64,000 bases of DNA from Octopus bimaculoides. Taxonomy: Eukaryota. The DNA lies in contig NC_068990.1 of assembly GCF_001194135.2 (NCBI RefSeq), forward strand, positions 5,476,077 through 5,540,076, read 5' to 3'. Shown here piece by piece: positions 11,801 through 23,374 of this stretch. Under the pieces are notes generated by a model, which was not told the origin of the DNA, made no database searches, and saw nothing but the letters and a program-made list of their open reading frames with translations. Each line of letters begins with the position of its first letter. Position 1 is the stretch's first letter. The translations under genes were made by a program, and so were the position numbers.

Positions 11801-12250
11801 CAATCTAAGGTGGAAGTGTGTGATTTAAGGAAGATTTGGATATATTTCTAACCGGTCTGGAAATAATATCGTTTGGCTGGGTTAGATAGGAGAAATTTTC
11901 TGAATGCATTTTCTGTTTCATATTCCATAAAAATGATTAATGATTTTTGTGAGACAACAGTTAAAAGAAGATCGTCTGCTATTAAAATTTGTGATAAAAT
12001 AAATTGATAAATGCTATTGTTAGGAATGTAGCTGAAATAAATCAAAGATCTCAGGTTTCAATAGTACACAAAAGTTAATAGTAATTTTTCACGAACAGAA
12101 TCTTCCATTGTGAAAAGATGACACGTATGATTGTATGTGTGGTATCTTTTGCCATAGCTTCGGGTCGACACAAATATTCCCTCTCGGTACTAAACTGCCT
12201 CTGTTGTTAATAAATATGTTTTAACAAGCATACTGGCTAATCTCGACGCC

Positions 12251-13040
12251 AGCGCCTGGCTTGGCTGTACTATTCTATATATCGCTGGCGGGAGGATGAA
12301 TCGCTTCTGTCTCTAGTGGTCGAGCGTCTATCATTGACAAGACCAGAGGAAGGTCGAAATCACTTGATCTAGTGGTCTCGGTGCTGGAGGTGTCGAGGAT
12401 TTATCTCCCCGCTAACGATATAAGGAGTACATTTTGCACCCCAAATACCCAGTATGAGAATTTCATGGTAACCACCGGAGTATAGTTCTAATAGAACATC
12501 CACGTTTAAGAAGGCATAGATATTACCTCAATGTGTCACACGTTTCTTTCAATACAGATACAATCCATCCAACAGGCTTCCTCAACGTTTCCGTCAACGC
12601 AGTTTCATTCACAAGACTTTCGTGGATGTTCTGTTAGAACAAACTATACTGTAGTAGTTACCATGAGAGAAGCTCTCATACTGGCTTTTTGAGTCGAAAT
12701 GTATTCTTGCGTATATCGATAGCGGGGAGATATATCCCCGCTAGCTCCAGCGCCGGGATCAAGTGATTTCGATCTTGCTTGGCCTTATCAATGATGGACA
12801 CTCAATCGCTAGAGGCAGCAGCAGCTTGTCTCCCCGCCAGCGATATTTAGACTGATAGTGCCAGGCACCTTTTGCTCCAAAAAGCCAATATGGAGCTGCT
12901 TTCATGGTAACTACTGCAGTATACTTTATTCTGATAGGAGATCCACGTTTATGTGGGCATAGATATTGTCTTTCGGTATTAATAGGTCTTTGTCGCCAAT
13001 ATATATATATATATTGTCACACATTGTTTCCTATTGATAC
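12251..13040. repeat. Foldback element: ~250-bp inverted arms (12251-12504, 12621-12870) plus a third direct partial copy (about 12876-13040)
   Basis: Shared blocks such as ATATCGCTGGCGGG, CGAAATCACTTGATC, TATCTCCCCGCTA, CCAGTATGAGA, TCATGGTAAC and AGAACATCCACG occur in opposite orientation and reversed order. Confidence 0.9.
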
Positions 13041-13256
13041 TTGTATGTGAATTACGTAAACGATCGCTCGTCTATAGAGTAGCTACTTACCTTACATGCT
13101 AAATTAATATGTAAGGAGTTCATTCAATTTTCAATTAATCGCGCGACTGAAATATTCTCCGTGAAAAACGACGACGGCCCATTTTTGTTTTTGTTCTTTT
13201 TTCAAACAGACACACAAACATATATACACACATACATACATATAAATACATATATA

Positions 13257-13418
13257 CGACGGGCTTCTTTCAGTTTCCGTCTACCAAATCCGCTCACAAG
13301 GCTTTGGTCGGCCCAAGGCTATAGTAGAGGACACTTGCCCAAGGTGCCACGCAGTGGAAATGAACCCGGAACCATGTGGTCGGTAAGCAAGCTATTTACC
13401 ACACAGCAACACCTGCAC
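13257..13418 (-). mobile_element. tRNA-derived SINE, family D (CORE-like GCACCTTGGGCAAGTGTCCT)
   Basis: The minus strand reads GGTGTTGCTGTGTGGTAAATAGCTTGC...GGTTCCGGGTTCATTTCCACTGCGTGGCACCTTGGGCAAGTG, with A/B boxes and a MIR-like core. Confidence 0.9.
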
Positions 13419-13419
13419 C

Positions 13420-13420
13420 C

Positions 13421-13462
<42 letters not shown>

Positions 13463-13511
13463 CATTGGGATGTTCTCAAGAATGCACAGATACCTAACCT
13501 ACACAACCCCA

Positions 13512-13579
<68 letters not shown>

Positions 13580-14000
13580 TAAACGTGCACACGTACACAC
13601 AACCATATACACATACATACTCAGCCACAAGCACATACACGCATCAAAACGCACACATGACTCGACACACATCTCCACGTTCACACACACACGCACGCAC
13701 ATACAAACATGCACACACGCACATACATATACATAGACACATAGACACACGTACATACACATATACACACATACAGAGACGCACATAATGACACACACAT
13801 GGGCATAAACACACACACACGCATATACACACAGGAACGCACACATATCCCTACACAAACCCCACACAGAACCCTCCACACGCATACACTATGTCACATA
13901 CACATACACAATATATATATACAATATACATATACACACACACATACACATACCCATACACATATAGACGCACATACACACACACGCACACACACATTTT
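13420..14000. repeat. Compound (TG)/(CA)/(TA) microsatellite block
   Basis: About 580 bp of degenerate CA-rich repeats, the source of several spurious HT/CV ORFs. Confidence 0.95.
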
Positions 14001-14299
14001 TTCTCTTATCCTGTCTCCAAATCTTTTCCTCTCCCCTTCACAATTCTCTTTCTGTCACTCTCTCTCCCTCACTCTTCCTCCTTTACGTGGCCCCCACGTG
14101 ACCACCGGCTATTCTCCTAACTTGTGTTTCTTTCCTTCTTCCTGTCTTCCACTCAACAGGGAAGACGTATTGTTCTCTGTCTCCTGTCCAGGCTTGTTTC
14201 TTCGCGTTCGCCACCACAACCTCATTTAGGCTTAGCAACCCTTTCTGTTTGTTTCCACTGTCCTTTTTTTGTCACCATCTTGACTCTCCGCAAAATCGC

Positions 14300-14540
14300 A
14301 AATTTTATTTAACTTGCTTTGCGGGAGCAACTGCTTCATCAAAGGCGTATATTGTCGTGAATTGCTCGAAATATGGACTAGCAAAAGAACAATTGATGAA
14401 GGGTCGTTCCTTGTGTTGTTTGTCTTGTTTTCCATTTGTTTCTTTCGTTGCTTGCAAAAAATCCTTTATTCCATGTCCTCGTACTTCGTATTATTTGCTG
14501 TTTATGTTTTGTGATGTCCTGTGCCCATATGTGCATAGGT
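14300..14540 (+). mobile_element. Penelope-like terminal-repeat remnant
   Basis: GCTCGAAA...TTGATGAAGGG...TTCC has the same spacing as 43339-43392. The 3' part (CCATGTCCTCGTAC...GATGTCCTGTGCCCATATG) is similar to 54120-54200 on the minus strand. Confidence 0.5.
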
Positions 14541-14761
14541 ATATACGTAGACATGTATGTACATACACGTATGTATATATATGCATATATATATATATTA
14601 TTTATATTATTATATGCATATATATGTATATGTATATATATATATGCATATATGCATATATATGTGCATATATATATATGAATATATATATACATATATA
14701 TGCATATATACATATGCATATATGCATATATATATGCATAAATGCATATATATATCCATGT

Positions 14762-14841
<80 letters not shown>

Positions 14842-14940
14842 ATGCATATATGCATTTATATATATGCGTGTATGCTTATATATATATATATATACGTACA
14901 CATACACACACATACACACACATATATATATATATATATT
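14541..14940. repeat. (TA)n/(TATG)n compound microsatellite
   Basis: Direct inspection. Confidence 0.97.
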
Positions 14941-15470
14941 ATAGATTATCAATGCGTGAATATATGGACGTTTTGTATTGCATGTTTATGTGTAATATGT
15001 ACTACATAGGCGTTTCAACTTGAGGAGTATCTTTCTAACCATAATTTTATGTAGTTTTTAAGGTCTTCTTGGATGATTTCATGGATCAGAACATCAACAT
15101 AATAATCAGATTCAGTTCCAGTACGATAGTATAGCATAATTTTATGAGTTCATAATCGTTTGAGGTTTATGTTGCTTTTCATTTCTAAAGTATTGCTAAG
15201 GTTATCAGTAATATGCGGAGATCGATTAACATAATGGTAACCCCTCTATAAAACTTAGCCTTGTGTTTAATGTTGACAAATTAATACTTTTATAATACTT
15301 GTAGTTATTACTTTATATTTCGTGAACACTTCTAATATAAATATTCGAATAGCTTATACGTAATTGCTTTGCAACGGCATCATAATATCATGTAAAGTAC
15401 ACTGTAATATACTGACGTTTTATGTAAAATTAATGCTATAGATCCCAAAGAATTCCTAAGAATAATTGAA

Positions 15471-15688
15471 GATATTGATTTCAAATTTTGGCACAGGGCC
15501 TGCAATTTCCTGGAAGGGGCTACGTCGATTAGATCGATCCCAGCACTCAACTGGTACTTAATTTATCGACCCCGAGAGAATGAAAGGCAAAGTCGACCTC
15601 AGCGGAATTTGAACTGAGAACGTAATGAGACAAAATGAATCTAAACATTTTACCCGGCGTGCTAACGATTCTGCTAGCTCGCCGCCTT
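15471..15688 (-). mobile_element. SINE, family A, near full length
   Basis: The minus strand starts AAGGCGGCGAGCTAGCAGAATCGTTAGCACGCCGGG, contains GTTCAAATTCCGCTGAGGTCGAC, and ends GGCCCTGTGCCAAAATTTGAAATCAATATC. Confidence 0.92.
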
Positions 15689-16930
15689 AAGAATGATTAA
15701 AGATATTACAGTCACTGTATGGAATCCTCTGTGGTTCTTGCCTGGAGTCGTATTTCACTTTCTTCAAGCTAATGTTTTACAGCATAGAGTATTTTTGTAA
15801 TCAAAGATGTACCTTTGTTAATTGATAGCATAAAAGACACGCGAACATATTAAACGCTCCATTATGTCAGCAGCAGATATTCAAGAAAATTTACATATTC
15901 AAGAAAATTTACAAGCTTTAAAGCATGTGATATAGACTCAACTTTGCACACAAATCCCGAGGTGATTTTTTTGTGTCCTTTTTAGGGAAAAAAAATGCGT
16001 CTTATATAACATTGAATATATTGTATAACACAATTTGCAATTCAGCGATTTTTACTATGTGTNNNNNNNNNNGCAATTCAGCGATTTTTACTATGTGTAA
16101 ATGAAGGTTGTCGCAACTGGAAGCAATATAATTAACAAACATATGTTAATTTTAGGTTTTCAGATCATTAAAATGACATTGGCACTAAAAACGTAGACAT
16201 TTTTCTTTTTAAATTTTCACGTCGTATTCTTATCAATAATAGTATTCTGGTACTGTCTGAATATATCAAATCATTAAAATAAACTTTATATCAACATTTG
16301 TTTGGCATACACAGACGAAAATATAGGATTCGTGTAAAAACTAAAAACAGTAAAAAATAAATCTTCTGAAGTAATTTATTTTATAATTTTTTTTTAGAAA
16401 CAACTGTGAGTGTATGTAAACAGATGATAGACGAAGTGCCAATGACAAACACTAGACTTGCGTTCACTGAAAAATATCAGCATTTGTGAATGAAAACTGT
16501 TACAGGAAGTTTAAAATAGACATCTAGGCTTTGATATTGATTGAAACTATTACTGAAATTCTAAAATAGAACTTGGTGTTTACGCATTGATCGAAACTTA
16601 CACAGAAATATTAAAATAGATTTTAGTAATTGCATATTGACTAAAAGTACAGCTTGAGACAGACCGGAAGAAGAGTTGAAGTTTGTACATTTTGCTATGA
16701 TATACAAATAAGTGTTATTATAGACGATGTTCCGATTTCATAGTTGCAATTAAAAATCTTTTTTGTTAAATTGAAATAGGAAACAGATTCGTTTCAGAAC
16801 TAACTTTTATATATATATATATATAAGTATACATGTCGTTACAACCTGATTATAAATCTCTCTTATATACATGTAATTTAAGGACAACTATTAATGTTGT
16901 CTGTTGTTTGTTGTCTGCTGTGAATTAATG

Positions 16931-17030
16931 AAACTTGACCCTGAAGAGATGCAAGACCCCATATTTTTATCTCAGATAAGAGTGAGTCGGGATATTGCAT
17001 TGAAATGTGCATAGGTTATTAAACAAGTTT
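16931..17030 (+). ncRNA. Type I hammerhead ribozyme, PLE/retrozyme type
   Basis: CTGAAGA 16941-16947, stem II GATGCAA/TTGCATT, GAAA 17002-17005, self-complementary stem III ATGTGCAT, AUA triplet with cleavage after 17013. Stem I TGACC/GGTTA is extended by AAACTTG/CAAGTTT. Confidence 0.85.
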
Positions 17031-18176
17031 TACTATGGATTGCGTTATGGCTCGATTAGTAACCGATTAGTAATCGTTGCAATTGAAACCCTACAATAAA
17101 ACGGTGCAGTTTCTTCAGGTCTTAACTTGATATCCCTCGGTATGGCCGTTTAATGATTTTATTTTATATATGAGCATCAGAGGGTATGTTTATATGCATA
17201 TGTTCATGTATTTGTATGCGTTCGCGCCGCGTATAAATGATTACAAGGTACAGTTATTTCTTATTCATTTTGATAGGGTTTCTCCTAAGGTTTTGCCGAC
17301 AAAATGTTTTCCAGTGAATTATGTATTTATAACTAGTATCATGTTAACATATATTCAATACCTGGCATACTAAACGCATCAAGTTTTTGACATTTAACTG
17401 GAGATAAATTTCCAAATGCTGTATTATGATAGCTTCAACATTTTCATTCAATATTCAGTATTTAAATAATATTTAGAATGGTATTTTTAATGGAGCAGGC
17501 TCTCTTGTTTCAAGTATTGGACTAAGCATAAATCTGTTATCATTGTAGTGCAATAGTACAAGAAATTACATTCTCACAGCCTTTAAAACAAAGTTTTTCA
17601 CAGTATTCGTTGTATACTTTGTTAAAATGACACTTCCTCGTTCTGCATTTTAAATCCTTTTTTTTTTTTTTTTTGTCTTTTTACCATTTAACAATTGTGT
17701 CAGTTTTCTTTAAGGATATTCTGCTTTTAAGGAGACATTGCTAAGGAGCCATGCCTTTATTTCCTGATCGAGTGAAGAAAAGAGAAACTAGAATAGAATG
17801 GAATAAAATAAAATAAAACAAAATGAAACAGCTGTCAGAAAATGAAAAAGAAACTAGAGCGATATTGCAAAACGAGACGTAAATAAAAAGACACGCAGAA
17901 GAGAATTGGAACGTAGGCAGTGATTCACATTGAGATGATGGACTGAAAAGCTGAAGTGTGGACAGAGGCAAATGTAATCCGACTCGAGCAAAGAGGTTAA
18001 GTAGCTGCATTTCTGATGAATGGAAGTAAATGTGTGAAGAGTTATAAGTTAATAAATGAGTTAATGCTGATACATACATTGCTGCGACAATTTTATTTGC
18101 ACTACACTTATATGACAATATCCATTTCTAACATAAATTCTCTGAAATAGAAAGAACCGACTTGGTTTCTGCTTAA

Positions 18177-18312
18177 ATGAGACAGTCCACAAGTCTGTAT
18201 ATTCTTACGATGACGGGGAAAAAATTCATCCAAAGTCATGAATTTGCCAGATCAAGGCATGTAGTAAAAACGTTCACTTTGCAACGACACGGTTTCTGGT
18301 ACGAATCTACAG
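18177..18312 (+). CDS. Weak candidate first coding exon (MRQSTSLYILTMTGKKFIQSHEFARSRHVVKTFTLQRHGFWYEST)
   Basis: 45 open codons from an ATG up to a strong donor ACAG|GTAAGA. No recognisable homology. Confidence 0.15.
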
Positions 18313-18403
18313 GTAAGAATTTCCCTATATACAACTCCTAAATTAGTCAACTAATACATTGTCAGTGAAATTTGATAGACTAAAACTGTATGGAATCCCG
18401 TTC

Positions 18404-18442
<39 letters not shown>

Positions 18443-18524
18443 ATGTGTGTATGTATATATATATATATATATACATATATAAATGCATACGTGTATGCAT
18501 GTTTTGTATGTATGTGTATGTATG

Positions 18525-19323
18525 TCCGGAACCCGTTCACGCGGGGACCGACCGGCGTCGGGATCCACGCGCTTCTCTCGACCGGGCCCGTCGCTCCACG
18601 AAAGCGCAGGCACGGCTAACCGACGGAGACGGGCTAACGCACCTCGCCCTCAGCACTCACGACGCAGCGAGTCGCGAAAGCNNNNNNNNNNNNNNNNNNN
18701 NNNNNNNNNNNNNNNNNNNNNNNNNNNNNNNNNNNNNNNNNNNNNNNNNNNNNNNNNNNNNNNNNNNNNNNNNNNNNNNNNNNNNNNNNNNNNNNNNNNN
18801 NNNNNNNNNNNNNNNNNNNNNNNNNNNNNNNNNNNNNNNNNNNNNNNNNNNNNNNNNNNNNNNNNNNNNNNNNNNNNNNNNNNNNNNNNNNNNNNNNNNN
18901 NNNNNNNNNNNNNNNNNNNNNNNNNNNNNNNNNNNNNNNNNNNNNNNNNNNNNNNNNNNNNNNNNNNNNNNNNNNNNNNNNNNNNNNNNNNNNNNNNNNN
19001 NNNNNNNNNNNNNNNNNNNNNNNNNNNNNNNNNNNNNNNNNNNNNNNNNNNNNNNNNNNNNNNNNNNNNNNNNNNNNNNNNNNNNNNNNNNNTGCTGCAG
19101 CATCAGCGGTGGTGGTGCCGGCGGCTCGCTTCTTTTTTTGTAACACGCGGCGTTTCGAAGCATCGTTCCCGGGTCGGGCCCGCGCGTTCGCGCTCGAAAG
19201 CGCGCGTTCACGCTCCGACTCAGGTGTAGCAGGCGGCCGGGGACCCGAAAGATGGCGATCCACGCCCGGTCGGGACGAAGCCAGAGGAAACTCTGGTGGA
19301 AGTCCGAAGCGCCTCTGAGCGTG
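18525..19323 (+). pseudogene. Dispersed 28S (LSU) rRNA fragment, D2-D3 region, interrupted by a gap
   Basis: 19241-19323 (GGACCCGAAAGATGGCGATCCACGCCCGGTCGGGACGAAGCCAGAGGAAACTCTGGTGGAAGTCCGAAGCG) matches the conserved LSU segment after D3. The flanking GC-rich sequence fits expansion segments. Bounded by TG microsatellites, with N at 18682-19091. Confidence 0.85.
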
Positions 19324-20400
19324 TGTCTCTGTGTGTGCGCGTGTGCGTGTGTTTGCATGCGTGGATCTGTGAAAGCTGTAAAAATTGAGATTACTGAAAA
19401 AGTAAAACAAACGGTGTACTGGAAAGAAATTTCCTTGCAATGTTTGTTTTGTATCAAGCTGCATAGACACTTCCACAATCAGAAATGCAATGAATCGTCG
19501 ATTGGTCAGATAGAAAAATGTGATTCACGCCATTTTTCTTCATTTGTGATAAAATAAAAGTAAGTAAATAAATATACGACGTTTTGCACTTCAGATGTAC
19601 TTGACATATGGCTCGTAACTTGACTTGTTGCTTAGACCGCAGAAACTTAGATTTTGCCATAGATATTGTACTACTAGTTGCAGTATTAATGGCTCATAAC
19701 TTATACAAAAGCACCTATAAATAAACTGTTATCAGCTCCGTCATCATTACATGTTAAAACCTAGATATGTCAATGGTAGAATGTTTTATGTTAAGCTACA
19801 GTTACTTCAATCTTAAATTCATGTCTACGACGTACATACACATACAGAAGTAAGCATTGGACACACATCAATATACGTATGAATATACGTATTGGTGTTT
19901 CCTCGTATATAAGGACACACAGACAAACATGCGTAAGAGATGCATACATCTGCTCCATATGCACTGATAATATAAATATATAGAATTATATTGGACTATA
20001 TCTTTGTGTATGCGTGTATGTGTACATGCATGCACGTGCTTCTGTATCAATTTCCTCCGTAAACCAAATCCTCTATTTTCCTACAATAATTCTAAACAAA
20101 ACAAAATGCAGTCTACCTGGTTCTATCTGCGGTTTTTATCATTATTTCTTGTTTCTTGAATTATTGTTTTTGAAATTACACCCGTACATGTATACATGCA
20201 TATATACATGCATAGTTACACACATGCATGCATACGTACGTGCATACACACACGTATACACATGTTGGTAGATAATGATAGAGATGTTGCATTGCGTAGT
20301 TTAAATTTCACTAACGTGTAAATATTATTACCTGAAACCTTTCATTGGCAGCCTTTGTATTTAGAATCAGACCAATTCCATCATACCATATATTAACTTT

Positions 20401-20725
20401 TCCTTTCCTTTGCGTCCTTTTAAAGCCTAGCCAGGCTCATGGGCCCGGTTTCCCGGTTTCTATGGCGTATGTGTTCCCCCCCCCCCACCACCAGCTAGAC
20501 GGGACGCCAGTCCATCGCAGCGATACTCAAGAAACAGGAAGAAAGAGTGAGAGAAAGTTGGGGCGAAAGAGTACAACAGGGGTCGCCACCACCCCCTGCC
20601 GGAGCCTTGTGGAGCTTTAGATGTTTTCGCTCAATAAACACACACAGCGCCCGGTATGGGAATCGAAACCGCGATCCTCCGACCGCGAGTCCGCTGCCCT
20701 AACTACTGGGTCATTGCGCCTCCAC
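20401..20725 (-). mobile_element. tRNA-derived SINE, family C head with an alternative 3' tail
   Basis: Head GGCGCAATGACCCAGTAGTTAGGGCAGCGGACTCGCGGTCGGAGGATCGCGGTTTCGATTCCC is shared with 47719-48109, but the tail differs. Confidence 0.92.
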
Positions 20726-21084
20726 ATATTAACTTTTACCGATATGAAAAAAGAAAAAAAATGTATTGCTCTACATGATGGCAGCAATTCGATTTCGAAT
20801 GCTGTCATTGCTTGATTGTCCGTTTCAGCACGTGCAGCATGAATGTGGCTTTTCAGTTCTGCTAGGGAGCTGCACACTTCAGCTCAGATGTGGCAACAAT
20901 GGGAGTATCTTCCAGTCGGTGTTAAAATAGTATTTTGATATATCTTCATATAACGTTTCTGTCCGCTTCCTGGTGCACATTCTTTTCCTTACATCTGCAA
21001 GTACAGATACCGTATCATATATAGTTCACAACTTTCCAGTGCGCGTAGCTTCTCTGATGTTTTCTGATAACATACATTACTTAT

Positions 21085-21215
21085 ATATAGTTGAAATTTA
21101 CAGAAAAACAAAAGACAAAGACAGGTGTATGAACAACAAGCAAGTGTATTAGACTGACACTCTTACATTTCGAGCCTACGCTCTTCAACAGAAAGGAATA
21201 AGAGAAAATAAACAG
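21085..21215 (-). mobile_element. Penelope-like terminal remnant with minimal hammerhead variant (21160-21195)
   Basis: The minus strand reads CTTT-CTGTTGA-A-GAGC-GTAG-GCTC-GAAA-TGTA-AGAG. Confidence 0.6.
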
Positions 21216-21260
21216 TGAAAATAAAAAAAAAAAACATGTGTGTGTGTGTGTGTGTGTGTG

Positions 21261-21365
21261 TAAAGTGTCTTGCTCAAGAACACAGCACAGAGCTCGGTCC
21301 GGGAATGGAACTCACTACCTCATGATTGTGAGCTCGACGCTCCAACCATTCAGACATACGTCTTC
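21261..21365 (-). mobile_element. SINE family E, 5' part
   Basis: The minus strand has B-box GAGTTCCATTCC followed by TGTGTTCTTGAGCAAGACACTTTA. Confidence 0.85.
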
Positions 21366-21616
21366 ACACACGCACACACACACAACATATATATATATGT
21401 GTGTGTGTACATACTGTATATATATATATATGAGAGGCATTGATATCCAAAACACCCAAGGTGACAGGTAACGGTATGTAAGTGCTTTGAATGGACTGTT
21501 GTTAAACTCTCGGTTCGATAATGATACGAGTGAGGAGGCTAATGCGGGTCTTGTATGAGCATGTCTCGTTTTATTTAACACACACACACACACACACACA
21601 TATATACATACACATA

Positions 21617-21847
21617 AAAGGTGTTCAAAAAGTCTCTCCGCTGTGAACATTTTCTCGAAGATGTATTTCAAAACATTTGTAGAAATGTCAACTTATGTAT
21701 TGAAAATGAAAGACGACACTTTCAACTCCTCGTATAAAGTTTATTTAAAGTATTGTAAAAATATATTTTCTTGTAGCCCTATACCATCTTATAAATATTT
21801 ATTTTGTAATAAAATACTCACTGCGGAGAGACTTTTTCAACACCATG
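21617..21847. mobile_element. Tc1/mariner-type MITE, 231 bp
   Basis: TIRs of ~29 bp (AAAGGTGTTCAAAAAGTCTCTCCGCTGTG versus the reverse complement of CACTGCGGAGAGACTTTTTCAACACCATG), with TA on both sides. Confidence 0.88.
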
Positions 21848-22568
21848 TATATAATGTTCGCATAGTCAAACTCTTTCAGTTACATAGCCATACTCTTTCA
21901 ATCGTACAGATGTCTTTGTCTTTGAAGCTAAATACCTATGTGTATATGTGTGTGTGTGAGTGTGTATGTGTGTGCGTGTGTATACACACCTATGTAACTT
22001 TTCCCCACTAGTTATGGCTGTCTTCTGCTGTTTCTCTATACTCAATCGAAAGGAATAAGTAAAAGAAACAAAAGCATATAAATAAAAAATGCAGTGTGTT
22101 GTTCTGCTTTCGATTTCTGTTTTACTAACACGAATATTGATGGGCAGACTTCCCACTAATTAAATAGAATTCTAATAATTATATTATCTATGCATCGATA
22201 TACCTATCAAACTAGTTCATCTCTTAATCCAGGAATCTGACTATGATTGTCAGATTGATAAAAATGTACTCTTCTTGAAACATAAGACACTACTTTGTCT
22301 ACTTTCACAATAATTTCTTTGTTTTGTGGCTGTTGTTCTGAATCTTGTTAACTCAGCCTGTTATCGAAAAGCCGCGATAATAAGTAATCTCCCTGTCTTT
22401 ATGTCTGTCTGTCTCTCACGTTCTCTCTTTTCTCTCTACCACTGTTTCACTCTTTCCCTTGAGGGCCGAGAAGAAATTTGGAATGAAGCCTAAGCTTTGA
22501 ATAAATATAATAAAGTCTGTTACATGTAAGGAGTAATTCTCTTCTATTGTTTGTTCAAACGTGCTCCT

Positions 22569-22638
<70 letters not shown>

Positions 22639-23335
22639 NNNNNNNNNNNNNNNNNNNNNNNNNNNNNNNNNNNNNNNNNNNNNNNNNNNNNNNNNNNNNN
22701 NNNNNNNNNNNNNNNNNNNNNNNNNNNNNNNNNNNNNNNNNNNNNNNNNNNNNNNNNNNNNNNNNNNNNNNNNNNNNNNNNNNNNNNNNNNNNNNNNNNN
22801 NNNNNNNNNNNNNNNNNNNNNNNNNNNNNNNNNNNNNNNNNNNNNNNNNNNNNNNNNNNNNNNNNNNNNNNNNNNNNNNNNNNNNNNNNNNNNNNNNNNN
22901 NNNNNNNNNNNNNNNNNNNNNNNNNNNNNNNNNNNNNNNNNNNNNNNNNNNNNNNNNNNNNNNNNNNNNNNNNNNNNNNNNNNNNNNNNNNNNNNNNNNN
23001 NNNNNNNNNNNNNNNNNNNNNNNNNNNNNNNNNNNNNNNNNNNNNNNNNNNNNNNNNNNNNNNNNNNNNNNNNNNNNNNNNNNNNNNNNNNNNNNNNNNN
23101 NNNNNNNNNNNNNNNNNNNNNNNNNNNNNNNNNNNNNNNNNNNNNNNNNNNNNNNNNNNNNNNNNNNNNNNNNNNNNNNNNNNNNNNNNNNNNNNNNNNN
23201 NNNNNNNNNNNNNNNNNNNNNNNNNNNNNNNNNNNNNNNNNNNNNNNNNNNNNNNNNNNNNNNNNNNNNNNNNNNNNNNNNNNNNNNNNNNNNNNNNNNN
23301 NNNNNNNNNNNNNNNNNNNNNNNNNNNNNNNNNNN

Positions 23336-23374
<39 letters not shown>

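Noticed and set aside
16037-16102. GCAATTCAGCGATTTTTACTATGTGT duplicated across a 10-N gap
   Set aside because: Assembly overlap artefact.
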